From a virus, in the IMG/VR virus record IMGVR_UViG_3300006948_000003, positions 1-54,983 of that record: a stretch of 54,983 nucleotides of DNA; one strand, 5' to 3'. Below, piece after piece: positions 26,967 through 34,632 of the stretch. The position numbers and the translations under genes were made by a program. Each line of letters opens with the position of its first letter. Position 1 is the first letter of the stretch. Below the pieces are notes generated by a model, which worked only from the letters and a program-made list of their open reading frames with translations, was not told the origin of the DNA and did not search any database.

Positions 26967-27637
26967 CGGGCGTGCGGCGACAGAACGCCGCATCCCGGGC
27001 GCGCGCGTTGTGGGTACTGGCCATTGTGCTGTTCGTCGGCGGGGCGGTCGCAGTGGCGTGGCTGGTGGTGGAACGGGACCGTCTCTACGGCCAGCTGGAG
27101 AACGAGGCAGACCTTCGGGGCAACGCGGTGAGCACGCTCGCGGGCGACGTGCGGGCGCTGCGCCAGCAGGTGAAGGCTGAGGGGGCCACACCGGTGGCTC
27201 CGGACCCGTCGGCCGCCGTGTCGGACCTTCCCGCGCGGGCGGAGGTACCGGTGCCGATTCCGGGCCCGCCCGGACCGAGCGGTGCGCGCGGCGAGTCCGG
27301 CGCAACGGGGTCCGCAGGGAAGGACGGGACGAACGGCAGCCCGGGCGCGTCTGGCGCACCGGGCGCGGTTGGCCCGACAGGGCCTGCTGGCCCTCAGGGT
27401 GTACCGGGCGCGGCTGGACCGCAGGGTGAGCCCGGGCCAGCGGGTGCTCAGGGTGAGACCGGCGAGCGGGGCCCGGCCGGGCCGGCGTGCCCGGACGGGT
27501 ACAACTTGCAGGCCCCGAGCTATGACCCGGATGCGTTGGTGTGTCGGCGAGATGGTGCTCCGGATCCGCCGGAGTCGCCAGGGCCGTCGTCGCCGTTGGC
27601 GGTGGGGGTTGATCCGCAGCGTCGGCTGTATGCGTAG
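26963..27637 (+). CDS. Membrane-anchored collagen-like (G-X-Y repeat) protein
   Basis: 224 aa. TM helix [22 protein letters not shown], a coiled coil, about 24 uninterrupted GXY triplets (nt 27263-27487), and a Cys-containing C-terminal knob. Confidence 0.8.
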   Translation: MTGVRRQNAASRARALWVLAIVLFVGGAVAVAWLVVERDRLYGQLENEADLRGNAVSTLAGDVRALRQQVKAEGATPVAPDPSAAVSDLPARAEVPVPIPGPPGPSGARGESGATGSAGKDGTNGSPGASGAPGAVGPTGPAGPQGVPGAAGPQGEPGPAGAQGETGERGPAGPACPDGYNLQAPSYDPDALVCRRDGAPDPPESPGPSSPLAVGVDPQRRLYA

Positions 27638-27699
27638 GTGGCGTGCCCTTCTACCTGCCCGCGAACTCCCGCTGTGCTAGATAGAATTGGGGCATCAGT

Positions 27700-27731
27700 G
27701 AGCCCCCGGGTGCGGGAACACCCGAGGGCTC
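27700..27731 (+). terminator. 13-bp stem (one mismatch) hairpin after the lysis cassette
   Basis: gagcccccgggtg (27700-27712) pairs with cacccgagggctc (27719-27731). Confidence 0.55.
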
Positions 27732-27758
27732 TGCGATCACCTGTGTAGGAGGTGCCGC

Positions 27759-28322
27759 GTGGCAGAGCGTAGTTGCTCCGTGGATGGATGCAACAACAAG
27801 CACGAGGCCAGAGGGTTTTGCCGCAAGCACTACCAGTCGGCTCGCAAGGCAGGCGAGGTCCCTACCCGTCAGAAGACTGAACTGGCCCTGGCCCACCGAA
27901 TCACGAACGTCGATCTTCAGCAGCGGACGGGCACGTGCGCAGTGTGCGGCCCTGATACACCGATCCGCATCAGGGGCGAACGAGGGCACGAGTGCCGGAT
28001 CAAGAGGGCCCGGTACCGAGGAAAGAGCACGCCAGAAAACCGGAGCGCCAGCAACCATCGTTCCAAGCTGAAGAAGTACGGGCTCACTGAGGGGCAGTAC
28101 GACGAGATGGTGGCGGGTCAAGGGGGCCGGTGCGCCATCTGTGATGAAGTCGCCGAGTGCCTAGTCGTGGACCACGACCACGCTTGCTGCCCAACGCGGA
28201 TGCATTCCTGCGGAAGGTGCGTTCGAGGGCTCCTCTGCCGGAGCTGCAATCTGGCCCTCGGGTATCTACGCGACCGGACAGACCTAGCCATCGCTGCCGC
28301 TCAATACCTTCAACGGAAGTAA
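27759..28322 (+). CDS. Recombination endonuclease VII family nuclease with an N-terminal Cys-rich motif
   Basis: 187 aa. Contains GGRCAICDE...VVDHDHACC...CGRCVRGLLCRSCNLALG, plus N-terminal CSVDGCNNKHEARGFCRKHY. GC is lower than the flanks. Confidence 0.8.
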   Translation: MAERSCSVDGCNNKHEARGFCRKHYQSARKAGEVPTRQKTELALAHRITNVDLQQRTGTCAVCGPDTPIRIRGERGHECRIKRARYRGKSTPENRSASNHRSKLKKYGLTEGQYDEMVAGQGGRCAICDEVAECLVVDHDHACCPTRMHSCGRCVRGLLCRSCNLALGYLRDRTDLAIAAAQYLQRK

Positions 28323-28328
28323 CCATCG

Positions 28329-28361
28329 CGCCCCCTCCCAGAGCGGAGGGGGCGTCTTTTT
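28329..28361 (+). terminator. Canonical intrinsic terminator (10-bp GC stem, 6-nt loop, T-run)
   Basis: cgccccctcc, loop cagagc, ggagggggcg, then tcttttt. Lies between convergent genes. Confidence 0.85.
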
Positions 28362-28372
28362 CATGCCCGGGG

Positions 28373-28552
28373 TCAGGCTGCCGGGACGATCCGGGCGCGT
28401 ACGGCGGCCGCGTACTCGACGAGGAGCTCGCTGTAGCGGCGCCGCTCCTCGGTGGTGAGAGTGCTTCCGGCGCCAGCCCAGAGGGCGCGGATGTCGTCGT
28501 TGATGTCGGCCACCGAGCGCACGAAACCAGGGAGTTGAGGGTCGGGGGACAT
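28373..28552 (-). CDS. Hypothetical small protein (59 aa, below the ORF-track cutoff)
   Basis: Reverse-strand translation is MSPDPQLPGFVRSVADINDDIRALWAGAGSTLTTEERRRYSELLVEYAAAVRARIVPAA, with GC-rich third positions. The 158-aa track ORF on this strand is in a different, non-coding-looking frame. Confidence 0.55.
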   Translation of the reverse strand: MSPDPQLPGFVRSVADINDDIRALWAGAGSTLTTEERRRYSELLVEYAAAVRARIVPAA

Positions 28553-28646
28553 GCCCTCATTCTATCGACGACGCACCCCGCGCACTCATGCCAGCACCCG
28601 CCTATCCAGAGTCCTCACTCCGGACGGCGCCCGGTAGCCTGCCCGC

Positions 28647-29285
28647 ATGATTCGCTCCGTGATCTTCGACGTCGGCGAGACAATCACCCGGGACGACCGG
28701 TACTGGGCAGCGTGGGCCGACTGGCTCGACATCCCACGCCACACGCTGTCCGCCCTCGTCGGAGCCGTCGTCGCACGCGGAGACGACAACGCGGAAGCCC
28801 TGCGCCTGATCCGCCCCGGCATCAACGTCCCCACCGAGTACGCCGCGCGCGAAGCCGCCGGACGCGGTGAACTGCTGGACGACAGCGACCTCTACCCCGA
28901 CGTCCGCCCCGCCCTCGCCGCACTCCAGTCCGCCGGGATCCGAGTCGTCATCGCCGGGAACCAGACCGCCCGCGCCGGCGAACTGCTGCGCGCCCTCAAC
29001 CTGCCCGCCGACGTGATCACTACTTCGGACGAACTCGGCGTCCCCAAGCCAGATCCAGAGTTCTTCCGCCGGGCACTCGCTGCAGCCGACGCCGACCCGG
29101 CTACCACCCTGTACGTCGGCGACCACCCCGCCAACGACATCCGTCCCGCACAGGCGGCCGGCCTGCGCGCCGTGCACCTGCGCCGCGGCCCCTGGGGACA
29201 CCTGTGGGCCGACACCCCTGAGGCCGCCACCGCGGACTACCGCATCGACAACCTCCACGACCTCCTCAGCATCATCTCTTCCTGA
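28647..29285 (+). CDS. HAD-superfamily hydrolase
   Basis: 212 aa. Motif I FDVGET, motif III lysine in GVPKPDPEFF, motif IV YVGDHPANDI. Confidence 0.8.
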   Translation: MIRSVIFDVGETITRDDRYWAAWADWLDIPRHTLSALVGAVVARGDDNAEALRLIRPGINVPTEYAAREAAGRGELLDDSDLYPDVRPALAALQSAGIRVVIAGNQTARAGELLRALNLPADVITTSDELGVPKPDPEFFRRALAAADADPATTLYVGDHPANDIRPAQAAGLRAVHLRRGPWGHLWADTPEAATADYRIDNLHDLLSIISS

Positions 29286-29349
29286 CCGGCCACCCCGCCC
29301 GCCGGGACGCCGCTACGGTGAGCAGCAGGACACGAGCACGGGGGCCCAC

Positions 29350-30528
29350 ATGTCGACACGGTCGGTCGGAGAGCGCATCGCCTACTACCGGAGCGTGGCC
29401 CGCCCGCGCATGACCCAGCAGCACCTCGCCGACGCAGCGTGCGTGGCCCTGGGCACCATCCGGAAGATCGAGCGCGGGGAACGCGGAGTCAGCACCGACA
29501 CCCTGGAAGCGATCGCAGACGCCCTCGGCATCGAACCGGCCCGCCTCCTCGCCGACCGGACGACCACCCAGTCCCGGGTCCACGCGGCACTGCCCGCCCT
29601 GTCCGCAGCGATCGCCGCCTACGACCTGCCCGACGACGGGCCCGTCCGCCCACTGCGCATGGTGCGCGCCTCAGTTGAGGAGGCGGAGGCATGGCGCCTG
29701 GCCGCGCAGTACGCGCGGATCGCGCGCACCCTGCCCGACCTCCTCCCCGAGGCGCTGCGGGGCTTCCACAGTGCTGCGGGCGCGGAGCGGCGGGAGTGGG
29801 CCGGCCTGCTGGTGCGGGCGGCTCGCTCGGCGGACGCCGCCGCTTACAAGGTCGGCGCCCGCGATCTGTCCGCCCGTCTGATCGAGTTCATGCGGTGGGC
29901 CGGGCCTGAAGCGGGTGACCCGCTGCTCGAGGCGACCACCGCCTACGTGCGTACCGAGACGTTCTTCGCGGCCCGCGCTCACCGTCCCGGCCTGCGCGCC
30001 CTGGAGGTGGCTCTCGACGCAACGCCGCCACCGACCACGGGGGCGGCGTCCGCGGCACGGGGCGCACTCCACATGCGCGCCGCCGTGATCGCCGGTCGGG
30101 CAGGGGACAGCAGCGCCGCGGACGTCCACCTGACCGAAGCCCGCACGCTCGGCGACAAGGTCCGCGAAGACATCTACTGCGGCACGGCGTTCGGCCCGGA
30201 CTCGGTCCGCGTTCACGAGGTGTCCGTCGCGGTGAGCCTCGGCAACGAGCACGCGGGCCGCGCGCTGGACGTGGCCCGCCAGTGGAAGCCGCCGACGGAT
30301 CTGCCCGCGGAGCGCCGCTCGGGCTTCTACATCGAGATGGGCCGCGCACAGCTGTGGGCGGGGCGCGCGGACGCCGCGTTCGAGGCGCTCAAGGTGGCCC
30401 GGCGGATAGCGCCGCAGCACACACGAGAGCACCCGTGGGTACGGCAGGACGCGGCGACGCTACGCCGGTTGAAGCGCGCCGACGCCGAGGACCTGTCGAA
30501 CTTCGCGGAGTGGTGCTCCGCCACCTGA
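29350..30528 (+). CDS. XRE-family HTH regulator with a long helical (TPR-like) C-terminal domain
   Basis: 392 aa. N-terminal MTQQHLADAACVALGTIRKIERGERGVSTDTLEAIADALG. Ala/Leu/Arg-rich helical-repeat C-terminus ending ...AFEALKVARRIAPQHTREHPWVRQD. Confidence 0.8.
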   Translation: MSTRSVGERIAYYRSVARPRMTQQHLADAACVALGTIRKIERGERGVSTDTLEAIADALGIEPARLLADRTTTQSRVHAALPALSAAIAAYDLPDDGPVRPLRMVRASVEEAEAWRLAAQYARIARTLPDLLPEALRGFHSAAGAERREWAGLLVRAARSADAAAYKVGARDLSARLIEFMRWAGPEAGDPLLEATTAYVRTETFFAARAHRPGLRALEVALDATPPPTTGAASAARGALHMRAAVIAGRAGDSSAADVHLTEARTLGDKVREDIYCGTAFGPDSVRVHEVSVAVSLGNEHAGRALDVARQWKPPTDLPAERRSGFYIEMGRAQLWAGRADAAFEALKVARRIAPQHTREHPWVRQDAATLRRLKRADAEDLSNFAEWCSAT

Positions 30529-30598
30529 CTACCCCTCACCGGGGTACTTCCGGCGTCGACCGGGGCTCACCATCTGTCTCACGCGCACGACCGAGCAG

Positions 30599-30868
30599 AT
30601 GGGATCCGGGATGTCGACTGCACCCCTGCCCCCGCCCGCGGTCACAGACCCGGCGGTGAGCATCGCCCGCCTGCACGGCGAGGCATGTTGGTTCTGCGGC
30701 GCCGTCGCCAAGGTCTTGCGCGCAGCCGGGACGGTCGTGGTGCGCGGCACCTCTCACGTGTGGCCCATCGCCACCTGTGGATGCCGAGACGCCACCACTC
30801 CCGTCACGAGAAGCCTTCGGCGGCCGCGCAGTCGCCGGGATCGGCCGACTGGGTTGGAGTCGACATGA
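30599..30868 (+). CDS. Hypothetical small Cys-containing protein
   Basis: ORF track, 89 aa. Contains CWFCG...TCGC. Third positions are GC-rich in the first ~60 codons. Stop overlaps the next start (ATGA). Confidence 0.5.
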   Translation: MGSGMSTAPLPPPAVTDPAVSIARLHGEACWFCGAVAKVLRAAGTVVVRGTSHVWPIATCGCRDATTPVTRSLRRPRSRRDRPTGLEST

Positions 30869-31248
30869 CGCAAGCTAGAGCTTCGGACCTCAGCACGGCA
30901 GAGGCGGACCATCTGCCCCCCAACACGAGGGCGATGCGCTCGAGCACGATCCTCATCCTCGCCGCGGAAGAACCCGAGAAGCAGTTCGAGGGCGCCGAGC
31001 TGGAGGAGCTCCAGGACACCTTCCGCGAGCACATCAAGGCGCTGATTCCCGCTGTCCGCGCCTGCGCCTACGTACTGCCGCAGCGGTCTGCCGACCGTGC
31101 CGCCGCACTGGCCGGCATCGGCGAGGCGGAACTCCGGCTCCGTCTGGGGAACGGCGACACCGACTGTGTTCGCGGTGCCGTCGCCGTCCGGCTCGCTCGG
31201 TCGGTGAAGGCGCTGTGCGGGCACTACGAGCGGATGGCCACTCGGTGA
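30865..31248 (+). CDS. Hypothetical helical protein (127 aa)
   Basis: ORF track 30685..31248. ATG at 30865 gives MTQARASDLSTAEADHLPPNTRAMRSSTILILAAEEPEKQFEG... Confidence 0.65.
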   Translation: MTQARASDLSTAEADHLPPNTRAMRSSTILILAAEEPEKQFEGAELEELQDTFREHIKALIPAVRACAYVLPQRSADRAAALAGIGEAELRLRLGNGDTDCVRGAVAVRLARSVKALCGHYERMATR

Positions 31249-31460
31249 CGCCCCCGTCCACCGAGGAGCGGAAGGACCTGGCGACCCGCAAGGCGGAAGC
31301 CATCCGGTCGGCGGCCCGGGCCGCTGGCTACTGCGGGCTCGTCCACCCCGATGGCGGAGCGTCTTGCACCAGGCCGCCGCATGCCGACCGCCAGCACGTG
31401 GACTACTACAACGGGCGGCCGAACATCACCGCGGCCAGCGGCACCCGGTGGACTGAGTAG
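31245..31460 (+). CDS. Hypothetical small protein (71 aa)
   Basis: ORF track 31215..31460. GTGA overlap at 31245. Confidence 0.5.
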   Translation: MTPPSTEERKDLATRKAEAIRSAARAAGYCGLVHPDGGASCTRPPHADRQHVDYYNGRPNITAASGTRWTE

Positions 31461-31473
31461 TCCGTACTGGACC

Positions 31474-31503
31474 GGCCGCCCTCGCTCCCCCGCGGGGGCG
31501 GCC
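31474..31503. terminator. Hairpin between convergent genes (bidirectional)
   Basis: ggccgccc (31474-31481) pairs with gggcggcc (31496-31503). Confidence 0.55.
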
Positions 31504-31543
31504 ATGGCCCGCCGCCGTGTCCTCCCCTGGTGCCGGCGGCGGG

Positions 31544-31777
31544 TCACCGTACGAGATCCGAGAGCGGAAGGTCGAGAGCGTGAGCGATCCGGATGAGGTT
31601 GTCGAGGAGCGGGCTCGCATGGCCCTGCTCGATTCGGTTGATGGCCTGCCGGTCCATCTCCGCCAGCTCAGCGAGCCGCTCCTGCGTCAGGTTCGCGGCG
31701 AGACGGGCCTCGCGGATGCGCTCGCCGACGGCCCGGCGGCAGGCAAGGACCCAGTCGGGCGGGGAGGCAGGCGGCAC
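31544..31777 (-). CDS. Small XRE/Cro-type HTH protein
   Basis: ORF track, 77 aa. Contains RIREARLAANLTQERLAELAEMDRQAINRIEQG. GTG start. Confidence 0.75.
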   Translation of the reverse strand: MPPASPPDWVLACRRAVGERIREARLAANLTQERLAELAEMDRQAINRIEQGHASPLLDNLIRIAHALDLPLSDLVR

Positions 31778-31810
31778 CCGACCACGCTGTCTGGATCATG
31801 AATGGGTGTC

Positions 31811-31828
31811 TGTATCGTCGACCGTACA
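31811..31828. promoter_or_regulatory. Imperfect 18-bp palindrome TGTATCGTCGACCGTACA (14/18 symmetric)
   Basis: Lies 34 bp upstream of the GTG of gene 31544-31777, in the lower-GC intergenic region next to int. Confidence 0.4.
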
Positions 31829-31961
31829 TTTGTGGATCTAGCTTGAACGTTTGTGCTCATCCCGGGGAGACATGCCACTCACATAGGTGAAGCCGTACGG
31901 ATGACCTTGCTCCACGTGAGCAACGTGTCAAGGGTGTGAACCGCCCCCCACAAACGGCCGG

Positions 31962-31990
31962 CCGCCGACTTGCCCCCCAGGCGTCGGCGG
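31962..31990 (-). terminator. Hairpin downstream of the integrase gene
   Basis: ccgccgac (31962-31969) pairs with gtcggcgg (31983-31990). Confidence 0.5.
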
Positions 31991-32011
31991 TCGGTCCGCT
32001 TTTCGGCCCCG

Positions 32012-33607
32012 CTACTTCCAGGTGATTTCAACGCTGTCGCTATCGAAGTACCCCCCGCCGGGGATCCGCCCACGACGCGCGGGCAGCAGCTTCACGGACA
32101 TCAGGTACGAGACCACCGCACGCTTCCGCGACAGGTCGAGCCGCTCCCATTCGGCATCCACGTCGTCGGCGCCGATCAGTCCCGCGACAGGGTTCACGTC
32201 CACCGCGCGCGCCAGGACCCTCTCAGCGTTCTCCAGCCGCTCACGCGCCGACTTACGAGCAACCCGCCACTCCTGCACATCCATCTCCCCCGCACCCAAC
32301 TGCTCCGCCAGCGCGTCGAGGGTCTCCCTGGCCTCCCGCATATCCCGCTGGGCACCGCGAACATCGACGGGATCCTCCCGCTCAGCGAGGAGCTCCGCCG
32401 CATCGTCCCGCGACAGCCGGTCCAGGACCACCGTCTGCACATACGCGTCCACCGGCTCAGCCTTGCGGACCACGTGCTTACTGATGCGGCACCCGTAGGC
32501 CAGCTCGTGCCGGCCGCCCTTCCGATTGCTCGTCACGGTGCGCACCGAGTTGGGGCTGGGGCATAGCCCACACTCGTAGAGCCCGGTGCCAAGGTACTTC
32601 CGCTCGTTGCCCGGCGACGTGCGCCGCGAGGGATCCGACAGGACGGCCACCACGCTGCGCCACAGCGGTTCCTCGAGGAGCGCGGGCCATCTGGCCGGTC
32701 CAGCCTCCTGGCCCCGGTGACGGATGATGCCCGCGTTGCGGGGCCGCACCATCATGCTGCGCACCTCAGGCCCGGCCCACTCTCCGCCCGTGCTGGTGGC
32801 CACCTTCTTCTCATTCCAGGCGGCGGCGATCGATTGCAGCGACGCCCCGGCGAGGATCGCGTCCGCCGCCCACCGCACATGCCACGCCTCGGACCCCTCG
32901 ACGACCTCAGCGTCTGCGCCGCACCCACACAAGGCCACCACGGCCACACCCTCACGGGCGCCACAGGAGCCGCACACACGGCCTGGGACGAACTGTCCGG
33001 CGTGGGAGCACGAAGAGCAGCGCTGCACCACGCTGAAGCCCTCCTCGACGCCGCAGGACGGGCACCAGAGGGCGCGGGGGGTGATGCGGTCACCTTCGTA
33101 GCCGAAGGGGCGTCGGCCGCCGAAGTTCTTGCCCTGCTCGGCCATCTGATCGCGGGTGCGCCTCTGGCGTTCGACCATCCGCTCGACTTCGTAACGGGCC
33201 TGCACGCCGAGCTGCCGGGCAATCATGCGGCCGGTGGCTGTGGTGAGGTCGAGGTGACCCGCCTTGACCGTGCGGGTCTCGACTCGCCGGGGCTCGCACA
33301 CGTCGATGTACTCCTCCAGCTCGGCCGGGGAGCGGTGGAGGCGGTCGGTGTGCCAGGCGAGGACGGTGTCCGCCTGGCCGTCGCGGAGGTCGTTGAGGAG
33401 CTGCTGGTAGCCGGGCCTCGGCTTGCCGCTGTAGGCCGACAGGTCGTTGTCCGTGTAGACGGCGACGACCTCGACGCCGAGTTGCTTGGCGAGGGCTTCG
33501 CAGTCCTCGCGTTGGCGTTCGACGCCGAGGCCGGCGCCTTCGCGGTCGCGGCTGATGCGGCAGTAGATGATGGCGCGGGTGGGGATGCCGGGTGCGTCGA
33601 TGGCCAT
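32012..33607 (-). CDS. int: Large serine recombinase (phage integrase)
   Basis: 531 aa. N-terminal resolvase-type catalytic domain AIIYCRISRD...GLGVERQ. Large Cys-rich C-terminal domain. Confidence 0.92.
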   Translation of the reverse strand: MAIDAPGIPTRAIIYCRISRDREGAGLGVERQREDCEALAKQLGVEVVAVYTDNDLSAYSGKPRPGYQQLLNDLRDGQADTVLAWHTDRLHRSPAELEEYIDVCEPRRVETRTVKAGHLDLTTATGRMIARQLGVQARYEVERMVERQRRTRDQMAEQGKNFGGRRPFGYEGDRITPRALWCPSCGVEEGFSVVQRCSSCSHAGQFVPGRVCGSCGAREGVAVVALCGCGADAEVVEGSEAWHVRWAADAILAGASLQSIAAAWNEKKVATSTGGEWAGPEVRSMMVRPRNAGIIRHRGQEAGPARWPALLEEPLWRSVVAVLSDPSRRTSPGNERKYLGTGLYECGLCPSPNSVRTVTSNRKGGRHELAYGCRISKHVVRKAEPVDAYVQTVVLDRLSRDDAAELLAEREDPVDVRGAQRDMREARETLDALAEQLGAGEMDVQEWRVARKSARERLENAERVLARAVDVNPVAGLIGADDVDAEWERLDLSRKRAVVSYLMSVKLLPARRGRIPGGGYFDSDSVEITWK

Positions 33608-33680
33608 GCTTCAGCCTGGCACAAGAGCACTGCACTTCGCTGGGCTTTGCTAGATCGGAGCCCGGGGAAATGCCGTATTA

Positions 33681-33706
33681 AACCCGCAGGTCGGCGGCTG
33701 CGGGTT
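33681..33706 (-). terminator. 9-bp stem hairpin followed on the minus strand by a T-rich tract
   Basis: aacccgcag (33681-33689) pairs with ctgcgggtt (33698-33706). On the minus strand it is followed by ttaatacggcattt. Confidence 0.6.
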
Positions 33707-33716
33707 CGCTACGTTG

Positions 33717-33998
33717 CTACCGGCCCGGCCAGTTCTGGATCCACCAGCCCTCTTCGACCATGCGCGAGATCTGATCGAAGAACTCGTCGCGGGCCTGAGC
33801 GCTTACGTGGTTCCGGTCGGCGAGCCACATGAACTCGCCATCCTGCTCGACACCCATGACGGCCCTGCCTCCGGGGAGACTGTCGACGAGCTCCATCCTG
33901 AATTCGGCAGGTGGTGTGGGGGGTTTGGGTGTTTCTTCTGCGGGCACCTGCTCTTCCGGCGTGCCGTCACCCTCTGATTCTCTCGGGTTTTCCGCCAA
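33717..33998 (-). CDS. Hypothetical small protein between repressor and integrase (likely true start ATG at 33896, 59 aa)
   Basis: The ORF track's 93-aa ORF starts with TTG. Third positions become GC-rich only from MELVDSLPGG... onward. Confidence 0.6.
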   Translation of the reverse strand: MAENPRESEGDGTPEEQVPAEETPKPPTPPAEFRMELVDSLPGGRAVMGVEQDGEFMWLADRNHVSAQARDEFFDQISRMVEEGWWIQNWPGR

Positions 33999-34133
33999 CG
34001 CTTTTGCCTCCCCGCCATTGCAGCCGCATGCCTAAATCGCTCACCAGTTCGAGCGGTCATGCGGAGTGATCGGTTTGCGCCCCCCAGGCGGATCACTGAC
34101 GATGCCATATTGATCAGGCTGTGACCAGAGTGA

Positions 34134-34145
34134 ATCAGTGAGTAA
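34134..34145. promoter_or_regulatory. 12-mer ATCAGTGAGTAA, copy 1 (downstream of the repressor gene)
   Basis: Identical 12-mer at 34652-34663. The inverted core TCACTGA occurs at 34093-34099. Confidence 0.4.
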
Positions 34146-34157
34146 TGGAAAGTCGTA

Positions 34158-34598
34158 CTATTCGCCCGACTTGCCCTCGGCACCCTCGTTACGCTGCGTC
34201 TTCCTCCGGGCAAAGGTCTCGGCGATCTCGGCGAGCTGCTGCCGATCCTCATCGCTCATCTCGCCGGCGCGGGCCACAAGAATGCGAGTGGTGAGGTCCT
34301 CGCTCCACACCACCGAGGAGTCGGCAACCGGGTCGTAGCCGAAGAACTGACGAGAGGCCGCGATCTGCAACACCTTGACGGGCAGTTGGTAGCCGGCGGC
34401 GAGGGCCTTGAGGCGACTCTCCTTTGGCGGGTCGACAGACTCGCCGCGCTCCACCTTGGACAGCCATCCGAACTTCGCCTGCTCGCGGCTGTCGGGGTCG
34501 ATGGCGCGGGCCTCGACTTCGCGCAGGCTGTAGCCGAGCTCGGCCCGCCGCGACTTGAGGAGGTCGGTGAAGTCAGTGCGCTCGGTCATGGCGTGCAT
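34158..34598 (-). CDS. Immunity repressor (XRE-type HTH)
   Basis: 146 aa. Contains RRAELGYSLREVEARA...WLSKVERGE. Divergent from the cro-like gene and adjacent to int. Confidence 0.8.
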   Translation of the reverse strand: MHAMTERTDFTDLLKSRRAELGYSLREVEARAIDPDSREQAKFGWLSKVERGESVDPPKESRLKALAAGYQLPVKVLQIAASRQFFGYDPVADSSVVWSEDLTTRILVARAGEMSDEDRQQLAEIAETFARRKTQRNEGAEGKSGE

Positions 34599-34632
34599 TC
34601 TGCCCTCTTGGCTCCCCGGCGTGACGCCTGTT

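Noticed and set aside
28084-28560. 158-aa minus-strand track ORF
   Set aside because: Its composition is Ser/Pro/Ala-rich and looks non-coding, and it overlaps the Endo VII gene and the terminator. A different minus-strand frame gives a clean 59-aa ORF (28373-28552), which was used instead.
33897-33998. TTG-initiated N-terminal extension of the small ORF between repressor and int
   Set aside because: The third codon positions here are A/T-rich (gaa, aga, tca, aca, aaa), unlike the downstream part. It was kept within the reported feature range, but the ATG at 33896 is considered the likelier start.
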